A stretch of 51,005 nucleotides of DNA from Candidatus Omnitrophota bacterium (GCA_043803685.1 JAZDJU010000114.1:1-51005); one strand, 5' to 3'. Shown: positions 42,301 to 48,425, counted from the stretch's first letter. Numbers and translations are program-made. Notes: generated by a model from the letters alone, not told the origin.

Positions 42301-45300
42301 GGCAACGGGCTGTTGGCCCAAATCCCAGACTTTTCCGGCGACATAATCGGCATAGCGGCGGATCCCAGGATCGCTCGCGTAGCGGGCAAAGGCCATTTTT
42401 CTCGGGTGTCCGGAATGAAGCCGCAAAAAAGATCGATGCTTTGAAACAGCTCCCCACCCGCTGTCTTCTGTGACCGTTGACCAGTCGATGAGAAGCGGCG
42501 AGGTCGCCACGCGGGACCGCGGAGCGAAGAACGCGTCATGGTCCATCGCGAAAAAGGGCGAAAGCTCGAAAAGATTTTTCCCTTTCGTTTCCTTTTGTTT
42601 TCTGATCAATGCTTCGATCCCCTCCCAGGTCATCGGAAGTCCCATGCTCTTGAGATCGGGGATCCAAAGGATGTAAGGGTGTATTTTGGTCGTATCGAAC
42701 CAGGAAGGAAGCCGATGAACATTAAAGGTGGCGTCATCACCGCTCGCCCAGAACGACGGATCTTCTTGCTCGGAAAGATCCGTGGTTTTGACATTCACCT
42801 TAAAGCGGTAATGTCCGGTATGCTCGGGTTTGATCGTAACTTTTCCGACCCATTCGTTGGGGATGATCTGCCCCTTCGCATCGCGGGCCTCCGCAATATT
42901 CTCCGGAGGAATACTTTGGTCGTACGCCTTTTCTCCGTCGCGATCCTGATAAACAATATGAACAGTGGCTCGAAGTGATTCTTTCGCTGTCCCAGGCGCC
43001 GTTCTTAACTTCATGGAAACGTCAAAGGATCTCCCAAACCCGATAGCGATGTGATCGCCGGAAATAGGATTCATTTCCAACGACTGAACACTTTCCGAAG
43101 TTTTCCTTATTTCCGAACGGCTTTTCGGGCGAAGCTCGTCCACATAGCCTCGGTAGGTCTGGAGTACGCGTTCAGCTTCACTGATCGAAAAGGCGCTGAC
43201 CCCGGACCGAAGGAATTCGGCCGTCACCCGAGCGATCTGCTTGAAATGCGGGCCATCGGCGGGTTTTAAAAGGCTGAAGCCTGCGGCAGTCCCATCGGCG
43301 ATCTTCGTAAGAGCCTTGATGAGCTTGACGGCTTTAGCATCCCTCTCAGCCATCTCACGAAGAACGGCCGCGTATGCCTCATAATTCGCGAGAAATCCCG
43401 TTGCGGCGGCGACGGCTAACGGCGTCGCTCTCAATTTCAACATATTTCTCAAGAGACTCGCGAACTGCATAAGATGCTGGCTCTCTCGAGGCTTCAACAG
43501 TTTAAAACCCACGGCTTTTTGATTTGCAACACGCGCAAGAGCTTTGTCTAAGAAAGCGACGTTCCCGCTCCCTCTTTTTTTCTCAGGGCCTTCCGTTACG
43601 CGAATCTTTTTTACGTAACTCTGATAAGCCTCAAGAAATTTTTTCACGGAACTAGTCTGATCGGAGCTGGGTCTTCGCCCGAGACCTTCCAGATGTTCCC
43701 GGGCTATTCTCGTGTAAGACTGGACGTCCACGAAACTTAACCAGTTAAGTCCCTCGTCTTTTCCTTCAGCGATCTTCTTAATCGCAGCCTTTAATGCGAC
43801 CACGTCAGCTCTTTCTCTCATTTCCGAACGGCCTCTCGCGCGAAGGGCGCTTGCATACCGCTTATAGTCCCCAAGAAACTTTTTGGCCGAAGCGATCTGG
43901 CTGGAGGTGACTCCAGACTCAAGGGATTCGACAACAACCTGCGCAACTTGCGTATAGTCTGAAACGTCCAGAGGCCTCAAAAGGTCAAATCCCTCTGCTG
44001 TTCTGTCGGCGATCTTCATAAGCTCAGCTTTCAATTCAGCAACGTCAGTCTTTCCTCTCACCTCCGAACGAGCAAAAGAGGGAGCAACTTCGGCTGAGGC
44101 AGAGATCTCGGAAATGGCCTTTTGCAGAAAAGAGCTCACCGCCTGATTCGCCCTTTGGGGCGTGATGCGCGGAACGCTTCTAAGGATCTCCGAGATGCGC
44201 ACCCCTGTTCCGGCTAGCTCCCTGCGCCAATTCCGGGACGTTTCGCCTAAAAAAGCCATGTCGCTTCGCACGCGCGCCGCGATCTGCGAATTCTGGACGG
44301 TCCTTTTCCCAAGGAGTGTTTCCAGATAATTTTTATTGGAATCCTCAGAAACCTCGCCGATCCTCGGCGTGATCTCCACATAAGAAAGTCCGGCCCGGAT
44401 CGCTTTTTCTTTCATTCCCTCCGAGTGAAAACCTCCGGTAATAAGCACGGCTTTGGTTTGCTCATGGTCCTTCATAAGGCCAAGCGTTCTCTTCATCATC
44501 CCGCTTTCACGCTCAATCGCTCCCTCATAAAAACGGATCGCCCTCTGATAGAGCCGCTCCAGCCCTGCTGGGACATCAAGAATGGCGCTGCCCTGGCCCC
44601 GCGCGATAGCTAACTCTTTCATCAATGTTGACGGTGAAATTTTCCGCGACAGGATCTCCTCGTATTCCTCGCGGCTAAGTTCCAGCCGGAGCAGCTTTTC
44701 GAGAAGACGCTGTTGACGCAGGGCTTCCACGAGCCGCTTGTCTTGCTCGGTTTTGACAAAATGCCCGGTCACTTTCCCGACCAAAGTCTTGATCTCCTCC
44801 TGCAACATTTCGCCCTGAATTTCGCTTAAAAGGATCCCCTGCTGGATCATGAGCCGGATATTAGGATAAGCCGCGAAGGAGTAGTTTCCGGGGAGAAGAT
44901 CCATCAGCTTTTCGAAAGTGAACCGGGTCTGGTAGGCAGGAAGATCATCGCCGTTTCTCCGTTCTAAAAAGCGCGTAACTTGCTGGAGTAACTCGGAAGG
45001 AATCGAGCAACTTTGGAGATCCGCGAGAAAGGCGTTTTTCTCTTTCGCGACCTGAGCCTGATCGATCTTGTTTCCGAGGGTTTTGACACGAAAAAAACGG
45101 ACAAGGACGGGCCAGTCTTTTTGTTCCTGGGTTTGAGTCAGGTCGATCTTAAGAGAACGGCTGGCTTCCGCCTTGAGAAGGTCCAGCCAATCCGCGAGAG
45201 GCAACCGCTTCTCATCGAAAGCAATCTCGTGATTCAGGAAATCTCTGAGCGGCTTATTCGAGAAAAGCGCGGCGGCCTTTTGCCACTGTTGGGATACGAC

Positions 45301-45936
45301 CGCAGAAAAACGGTCAATGTTCCTGCGCTGCTCGAACACCTGTCTAAAGGTTTCTCGATTTTGCGCGTAGTCCTGCGCCGCTTCAACGCCCCACGCCTCG
45401 ACGGCTTTGCCGCGCTTCGCGTCAAACGGTAACCGTTGAACGTTTCGTTCCTCGTTCCCCGTTCCCCGTTCCCCGAGCTTATCTAACAAAAACACTTCCG
45501 TACCCGTAAGCTCGCCTGCTTGCAACAGCTTCTCGTTTGCCGCCTGCTGAGTCTCGGGTTCTTCCGGGAAAAAATTAAAAAGCTCGGGCTTGAGCTGATG
45601 GCCAGCGCCTTCCAGAAAGATCTCACGGATCCCGTAGTCTCGTGTAAGAAACCCTAGGATGTTCCGGATGTTCTTTTGCGCGTCGTAATTCGCATGAGCT
45701 TCCTGAATATGAATGAGAAGAGAACTGCCCTCAGAGCCTTTGACTTGGTCGGTGACTCTGCCAAATTCTGCGGGAATCGTGAAAGAAGATGTAAGTGTCG
45801 GAGATTCCACATTCTGCACCTGCCCGCCGGCAGGCAGGGCGCTAGCAACGGGAACCGGGGTAAGCGCACTAGTCACAAAGAAGGTGATGGCCACCACACC
45901 CGAAAGAAATCTCTGTAACCGTTTGGAACGATTCAT
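30385..45936 (-). CDS. 5183-aa giant secreted modular protein: signal peptide, conserved N-domain, 4 helical repeats, GH77-like, GH133-like and GT35 phosphorylase modules, 2 duplicated unknown modules, C-domain
   Basis: Uninterrupted 15.5-kb ORF; Sec-type N-terminus ending VASA; enzyme motifs and RSExR linkers detailed in findings. Confidence 0.9.
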   Translation of the reverse strand: MNRSKRLQRFLSGVVAITFFVTSALTPVPVASALPAGGQVQNVESPTLTSSFTIPAEFGRVTDQVKGSEGSSLLIHIQEAHANYDAQKNIRNILGFLTRDYGIREIFLEGAGHQLKPELFNFFPEEPETQQAANEKLLQAGELTGTEVFLLDKLGERGTGNEERNVQRLPFDAKRGKAVEAWGVEAAQDYAQNRETFRQVFEQRRNIDRFSAVVSQQWQKAAALFSNKPLRDFLNHEIAFDEKRLPLADWLDLLKAEASRSLKIDLTQTQEQKDWPVLVRFFRVKTLGNKIDQAQVAKEKNAFLADLQSCSIPSELLQQVTRFLERRNGDDLPAYQTRFTFEKLMDLLPGNYSFAAYPNIRLMIQQGILLSEIQGEMLQEEIKTLVGKVTGHFVKTEQDKRLVEALRQQRLLEKLLRLELSREEYEEILSRKISPSTLMKELAIARGQGSAILDVPAGLERLYQRAIRFYEGAIERESGMMKRTLGLMKDHEQTKAVLITGGFHSEGMKEKAIRAGLSYVEITPRIGEVSEDSNKNYLETLLGKRTVQNSQIAARVRSDMAFLGETSRNWRRELAGTGVRISEILRSVPRITPQRANQAVSSFLQKAISEISASAEVAPSFARSEVRGKTDVAELKAELMKIADRTAEGFDLLRPLDVSDYTQVAQVVVESLESGVTSSQIASAKKFLGDYKRYASALRARGRSEMRERADVVALKAAIKKIAEGKDEGLNWLSFVDVQSYTRIAREHLEGLGRRPSSDQTSSVKKFLEAYQSYVKKIRVTEGPEKKRGSGNVAFLDKALARVANQKAVGFKLLKPRESQHLMQFASLLRNMLKLRATPLAVAAATGFLANYEAYAAVLREMAERDAKAVKLIKALTKIADGTAAGFSLLKPADGPHFKQIARVTAEFLRSGVSAFSISEAERVLQTYRGYVDELRPKSRSEIRKTSESVQSLEMNPISGDHIAIGFGRSFDVSMKLRTAPGTAKESLRATVHIVYQDRDGEKAYDQSIPPENIAEARDAKGQIIPNEWVGKVTIKPEHTGHYRFKVNVKTTDLSEQEDPSFWASGDDATFNVHRLPSWFDTTKIHPYILWIPDLKSMGLPMTWEGIEALIRKQKETKGKNLFELSPFFAMDHDAFFAPRSRVATSPLLIDWSTVTEDSGWGAVSKHRSFLRLHSGHPRKMAFARYASDPGIRRYADYVAGKVWDLGQQPVAGVTYRKEDFGSIEGKRNLRDFVLYEQFISFEKIYHLLKSAHEIGARVLYNVPYWESDDGAASYTEETRRFYLQENGKVSAPKFSNGQVLGGLAAWNEAAITDVVNQGGEDPRLVPFKFWAERFYEVFQEDPKIKFAGSRIDAIHMAGINPTAHSPAERISEDTRFWDAIAHYFSDKDLLVVAEQLGGDEFSQTHLTRLGFLQYDFILDLWGREGITLGAFLGDPKTGLAAISRGHSVSVVSTHDSARSPRTYAPLFFSLAAKSDDLQGAVRSAAEVLGRSMEDSVQQAIFEPILKLFGPAFFVILHLGPQVEPFLLSLDARGTLSPIKTEALDEKGVAIGATWNTATAGKLDFSKWIKIAAEIREENPAIGRSKMTLLPNNDPEHAATFAKTYQDNHLLVMANFSTKSQEIQCPVPFGVFGIEPATRLAFTELVTGKPVTLESDRFAYAMEPGQVAVFRLDSVPSEKWQDKVIDATISGPSGAAAQIVGSVMPFPIQSEELPPVKWDWDRKERPDHMLLPGQNLVVENALPFKVITYKKSTREQRTFLPMKVAGGYQVVVHGLESGEYDLVFWWDDNSTGDYVRFEGRSYQVEVIPEAKDIGTLKDPFYVALVQGHKDGAAKGLGQFISAQFDDAGRLLRAAIFASGAGMNFEGQEWGRDTMMALVGIAAMAREGESFWVWDEKIHEKRWVPAADVLKGIVRRWVNIDDRGRKRIDGFRQDGHIMYNVIGWAGDYVNGVNFNTVDAPLWFLEAVMGYVLATGDKDFLNEPMRDGQTLSDVLWETVDRLRLAGSSYANSKNTPDPAIKISGYLSDRGMPEKSIQMDAETGFIFCPHHKFTWMDTEFTWREGYPVEIQALWARSLKQWAEVVKLLNPNDPRIPELSAMAVKVKENIGKYFWNSNRQYPSDILGTDFGGRGFMTPEQSIRNGMDDQVITSNPVIAAWAGALDSQKAKKTLELAEKELHIPGALRSRGPNEKVYYPDRGAAWLATGDGNAGYHSGQGWVWPLPVHMVAMAEHGIISPEEALVRLRMELASVQKRNSAHSLPELIDSNPGTNGDHQQGGPAAQTWSVALAAYAFKTLHESLRSEVRQGETPLQGIASAVLDMSGIVGVSATALDYYAKAGRDHGARSELRTATPDVNELTWAEATTPRVAKEHFYSRQWECGLPMDLLEKIAALYSSFEAGEISQATLTGGLGALMPDLFEGWAAIGMNVTGVHPLWNFIKNAPGKGYDQEGRRKFLADIIKQFLEETDIEFETTQFVKGTPKTVFFRVYKTYTPVHKSPQYYLDAYTQSPDGKEEPFFQEVYDDHGKREEDMAFFAEASELLIQKLENDLNPNVTVIDHEVFASLPARHLKRAKRVTFNHTVFRPGLFEAREGYYDQLGFSERLRSTIAHDGNISIADYTAEQFDLISGVNLVEHKPALLNNIFRTAWHRVKGYYDREKQIRSTNGVFLPRWQSPSRRVLIERLKEELEIPRPAHKLPVEADDRQFFEELDKEQNRDLRERFKDQDQWVVAGDVAELLIWLREKRSFTGEYDWLGNSFKAYQEKHSLDPEPLVEHLREMQELLAKAVGRNHPEDWAELQSRFGEAYELLLADPIAANVRRFVPYKGPDKYEEILKGIVAKAVGQAVEGVRASVMSEGSMAAESLAKQADEAIAQAGLKIEFSGKFSRPYEPLFSFWKAFKDGKDANQERYQREFEGLRDRLKDQPVVEELRNTLSRLLVGGRTFDVSEAHDRLRYIRFMTELLGLEDRIATLEDHTYYEAQIIFRGSQAGVMLSDEDLEASATSMMKVKCNGGEVAGPFAGSNPEIWTIRRDKKTGEIVEVLNEKGEPNTAVITQDILREKLRTGEWELLDGVFVAYSDGEKSTQEGGGRRPSASSLLEALQTIKTLRSNPAIRRQRSYQAVSSSWKVDSLSQVMAHASLLEDMLKEHEEREAMFQQLTFENTDYAMPMAADDFGWKTQHPFKKHTIKGLGLFGMFRSFRSLKTWQRPRELTSEQLEKLREHIRKGEKWEAEALLAPHPSTRGMEALDSLKYHAYNKKIFKYLRENVLDRLSSGLQPFKDKIETLEAQAKGADDREMVALNLQAMDLTEKLLVRMAGDWFERYMQAGPEAAELLRREITQGVSGDYQPWAEYIARYLEGHPNARALRTRENKIRSFIFTSAGKKAMMINLNVGAPVHREKDEYFDGFKARTQVPIDDKTLRQLTGNKPNVKFIQLREPKLNLSFRVRPKEELTSEVGIGIPMPSGIEVIKWVVMQWHHLLPEVKKRVEQQEPLDRTPAMELINEMGLTQNLLGIAKQDPSAMNSLKQLIRETRAGYKPPEGMDPSDHFFGQLQVLSDLGREDAVKIFGENLKALMGLIGFFRPDLLKTAKLATWDPAFNEKISRTITEMQTAFGEGSAIGKHHNYYVLNSSHQGALVLARKDAKGNAFFIIIQFAANDLDAASDGKISTRISSESLTKLIDEGAYYQVLDLLTKEYYSERNDLLQGWVIRTPFVADGDRIQMLYLEKKTSENRSEARAKEDSSKAQRSEVREEQTEEQAVRTKQPFNVEHKKDVMVLESRKWLDGSDMDGTLEKLADIILFAKKHKMPILLRGFSTSPAESDLLALLGFASFQSHKDAEKHALTEIIQEIAKDDNARFEEQGENLTVFAGEKEWRLRIAPGVETPIFGEFINNRLKGEDARKRGIASFTQAVFIFKRVTLKDPAPVIYELSDIAALAKETGLDPELVRSIVITQTEYNRLGSASLVRKLLPGTAQEIIPETAQESPGTKEPAKAPPKSGAWKEKFLLKLALEEIKMAWSQRQSHWAVRRAEQEKDDIAGWDHEFKRRNMQKADKLRQSIQEVGDRAKEGEWTGYFDGTPYSRISELEASIAGMLNSSFEETPQALRNKIKQVLEASVRLQALMRDRTVSFRGLPNAESHSEILSFFAKDIATLRALQEMASSINASKDKALMSFLGELLERRPRFKVAQPADESGEVELGLVRKALSELKAIIEERRELYEQHSRPLAETVGQMYGDILQEIDEALTIDQREAFVERLRRITNLLVTVWSSDNAGWWFMGKKRISIPEETKVQFRSIMQRILKPLFLPKEEEVDAFIFGSVRSKAVGRSESRTGASSTEIAAQRKLPFDVQSPDQVRVVELDLETLLSELPEVIRGAQLERKPVFLRGVSSSPDEDDLFQAMGFVPVESRQDVEARILARLLAKIEANQGVQFKPYGSSLTVVANGETWNLMLTSDRYSENFKNFIGKNPQEAEARSKGFDGFRTEVSKKTVILRDPVPVLFELQDTEALATEMGLPTEQLTDVLVTQSEYAQLKSVKPVTISSSAITADTLSTASFSKKAPKTWSDAEKRQLSEIMNGIQVAWKEMEAHWAVQEVGQRKRALDEWDLVIQAMNQMIRADAKAVDEMAEMVRGSGIASLKKMAAELFGFDFDEGLVGAKALTRKAEAARLLDNTSYEKILKAQALVKKMLEGTAKLEPLRLQTRIKNVFSAMVRLQTLIRARALSLKKLPTEGLHPEVQYLFVKDIVISKALRQVTRKILGAGNEELIHAAKAALGDQPPVTFPQGERYGRVDYNIVQQVLFKLKNDIVDSRRDIYNKHPEPLFGATAGRMYGDLSKEIERVLAIEHPKEFAEQLCPTLDTLAMLWLYDEEGMWFHGIEQTRKRKEGEISTMRRARYRGMLDITMRPLYFGTQKEVLSFSGMELDRVGTARSELRTALNAETLERFLKINEALDGGTRKGFERVTTELTDGIWSLVAHTVHAVDLMVSLFDETAARDAQGLEDSVLAEPKTLLEKARLATARRALGIPATISAGDAFIIRPGLAFKDGALFVKKMVFGDAPVVIYDPKGEATAQELKSLQQINARLAQAQLPLIQVVKDLNRAQELLKSEVEKGARQRSAGPIPSLHLKVMVNVLDPLALLLKQQYKDDAVLMTSQRFKAFLELAGVATLVSRMQSEYLATSRSA
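45434..45475. repeat. Heptamer array (CGTTCCC) in-frame inside the giant gene
   Basis: CGTTCCT CGTTCCC CGTTCCC CGTTCCC; encodes GERGTGNEERNVQR. Confidence 0.75.
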
Positions 45937-46209
45937 GAAATGGGATTTTTCCTCTCAGGATTTAGTTACTGTCTATTTTGCGAAAATCTAACACATTTTC
46001 TTCGAATTTCAACTCATTGTAAAAGTTTTTATAAAAAAATGATTACGCTCCAAGAAACAAAGGTTAGTCTTGACATACATTGCTATAAAATGCTTTTTTC
46101 GACGAGCTCTAAAGGTCTATGAAATAATCAACGCGAGGTGTTGATTTCAAGGGCGTTATACGCTATATATTCAACATCAGCTTATCAATATCAACGGTGA
46201 AAAGGGGCT

Positions 46210-48420
46210 ATGATCACTTTGTTTTTCAAAACAGTTTCTTTCGTCTTCTTTTTTCTAATCGTTACACTCGCCACCCCGAGCATTTCATTAAAAGCTGAAG
46301 CTCCTGAGTCCGTTGCTGACATCTCCCTGGCATTATCGAATCTCGCAGTTCCAGAAGAAATCGGAAAAGTCCAGGAGCGCTTCACCGGGAATGGATCGAG
46401 AACCATCATTCAGATCCAGGACGTCCATGCGCACGCAACAGCTCAGCAAAATATCGCGGTCATCCTGGAACGTTTACGTGTCGTGTTCGGAATTGAAACA
46501 GCCGCCCTCGAAGGCGCGTGGACTTCCACTTCCCTTCCCAAGAGCCACGCCATCCCCACTTCGCGGGAAAAACAACTGCTTGCCGGAACGTTGCTGGCGG
46601 ATGACAGGATGTCGGGGCCTGCCTATGCCGCGATCATGTCCCCGAGGCCGATCACGCTGATCGGAATGGAAGAGGAAGCCTCTTATGAGAAGAACCGATC
46701 TCTTTTTTTAGCTCATCTAGAAAGATCTAAGGAGATCGCCGAAAGGCTCCGGACCTTCGAAACCACGCTAAAGGCATCACAAAAACTGACCTGGGGATCG
46801 GAGCTTTCCGTCTTCGGTAGCGCTTTTGGAACATTCCGAGAGACCTCAGATCTCGGGAAATTCTTTCCTCTCCTTTGGAACGCGGCAGAAGCTCAGCAGG
46901 TCGCGACGTCGGACCTTCCTCAGATCGTTTTGATCCACGACATCATGTCTCTCGAGAAACTTTTTGAGAAAAAACGTCTCGAGCAGGAAGTGAAGCGTTT
47001 GATGCGTGAATACAAGAACACCCCCTGGACGCTCGAGGAATTGATCCGCGGCGGCAAGATCCCTCAGGAAAAACTCGGTTTCTATCCAGAGCTGAAGCGA
47101 TTGACCCGTCTTTACCAGATGCGCGATCAGGTCTCTCTCCTCGACCTGACGACCCAAATAGAAGCTTTAACGAGCCGCATTCTAGAAAAACTCGTCCGAA
47201 CTCCGGATGAGAATGCCTTGTGGGAGAAGACCGAACGATTTTATCTCGCCCGCCGCATTCTCTTGCTCCAGGCATCCCCCTCCGACATAAGAGCCTTAAA
47301 CGAAGAAAAGGCTGCTTTGACCATTGAGCTAGGGAGCGCTGACCTGGCGGAGCCCCTTTCCTTGTCACTTGAATTTTATGAAGCGGTCAAACAGCGCGAC
47401 GAGATCTTTTTTTACAAGATCATGAACGATCCTTCATTGGCAGGCAATATCGCTATCGTCACAGGCGGCTTCCACACGGACGGACTTTCCGAGCGCTTTC
47501 GCGCGGCCGGGATCTCTTACATTACCATCGCCCCTGATCTTGGTGGAACACCCATGAATGAAAAGCTTTATAACGAACGGATGACAGAAAGCCAGGAGAC
47601 GGGAAAAGGGAAGCGGGAAACGCTATCGCTCAACGTTCCCCGTTCAACGTTCCCCGCGTCGCCGGATGGGCAGACACTCTCCGAACTCCGGAACGCGATC
47701 GCCCGGATCGACGATCGCTTCTCTGCGGGTTATAAAGTCCTCTTGCAAACCCGTGATGTTCGAAAAGCCGTCAAAGCCTTTCTTGGGGAACCGGTCGCCG
47801 TCTCAAAATCAGACGAGCTCACTCACCTTTACCGTGAAAAGAGGATCGCCTCAACGCCCAAGACCGGAACAACGCTCCCGGCTTCAGAGCTTCGTCTCAA
47901 CGAATTCATGGCGACTTCTCGCTCCGCGCAGTTAGAGGTGGTCCGAGGCTGGCTGACACAAGGACGGGAGCGGCGAGGAAAAGCCATGCTAGTTTCTTCG
48001 GTTAGGATCCTCTCTCGTATAGTGCTTGAGGAGAAAGCCGAGAAACTTCTAAAGCAGGCCGTAAACAATGGGGATGTCATCGTGCTTGCCCAGGACGTCC
48101 CGGTAGCGGAAATGCCGGAGGTCCTTTCTTCCGCACGCGAGATCGAACGGTTTGAAGCGCAGGATGTCGCGACGCTGATCGAAAAAACGCCGCGTTTTCA
48201 GAGGCTCGCAAAAAAGCGCCCTTTTGCGATCATGGAGAATGGATATCCGGGCGGGGCCTACGTTGTCTTACCGGAAAGATCCATCTCGCTTGTTCTGTTC
48301 AGGATCGTAACTTTAAATCCAAGCCTCTACCAAGCGGCTAAAGACCCGGCATTTTTATCGCTTTTGGAAGACTTGGTGTCTGAAATTTTGTCGCAGGAAC
48401 TTCCTAAAAAAGCGGCGTAA
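46210..48420 (+). CDS. 736-aa exported paralog of the giant protein N-domain, without cargo modules
   Basis: Signal-like N-terminus; IQIQDVHAHATAQQNI, LEGA, TGGFHTDG, YITIAP match giant IHIQEAHANYDAQKNI, LEGA, TGGFHSEG, YVEITP. Confidence 0.85.
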   Translation: MITLFFKTVSFVFFFLIVTLATPSISLKAEAPESVADISLALSNLAVPEEIGKVQERFTGNGSRTIIQIQDVHAHATAQQNIAVILERLRVVFGIETAALEGAWTSTSLPKSHAIPTSREKQLLAGTLLADDRMSGPAYAAIMSPRPITLIGMEEEASYEKNRSLFLAHLERSKEIAERLRTFETTLKASQKLTWGSELSVFGSAFGTFRETSDLGKFFPLLWNAAEAQQVATSDLPQIVLIHDIMSLEKLFEKKRLEQEVKRLMREYKNTPWTLEELIRGGKIPQEKLGFYPELKRLTRLYQMRDQVSLLDLTTQIEALTSRILEKLVRTPDENALWEKTERFYLARRILLLQASPSDIRALNEEKAALTIELGSADLAEPLSLSLEFYEAVKQRDEIFFYKIMNDPSLAGNIAIVTGGFHTDGLSERFRAAGISYITIAPDLGGTPMNEKLYNERMTESQETGKGKRETLSLNVPRSTFPASPDGQTLSELRNAIARIDDRFSAGYKVLLQTRDVRKAVKAFLGEPVAVSKSDELTHLYREKRIASTPKTGTTLPASELRLNEFMATSRSAQLEVVRGWLTQGRERRGKAMLVSSVRILSRIVLEEKAEKLLKQAVNNGDVIVLAQDVPVAEMPEVLSSAREIERFEAQDVATLIEKTPRFQRLAKKRPFAIMENGYPGGAYVVLPERSISLVLFRIVTLNPSLYQAAKDPAFLSLLEDLVSEILSQELPKKAA
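47599..47656. repeat. Inverted heptamer-array hairpin in-frame inside the 736-aa gene
   Basis: ACGGGAA AAGGGAA GCGGGAA ... CGCTCAA CGTTCCC CGTTCAA CGTTCCC. Confidence 0.75.
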
Positions 48421-48425
48421 CTGCT

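Noticed and set aside
46070..46091. Perfect TTGACA in the divergent intergenic region
   Set aside because: The nearest -10-like hexamers are only 8-10 nt away, so the spacing is wrong
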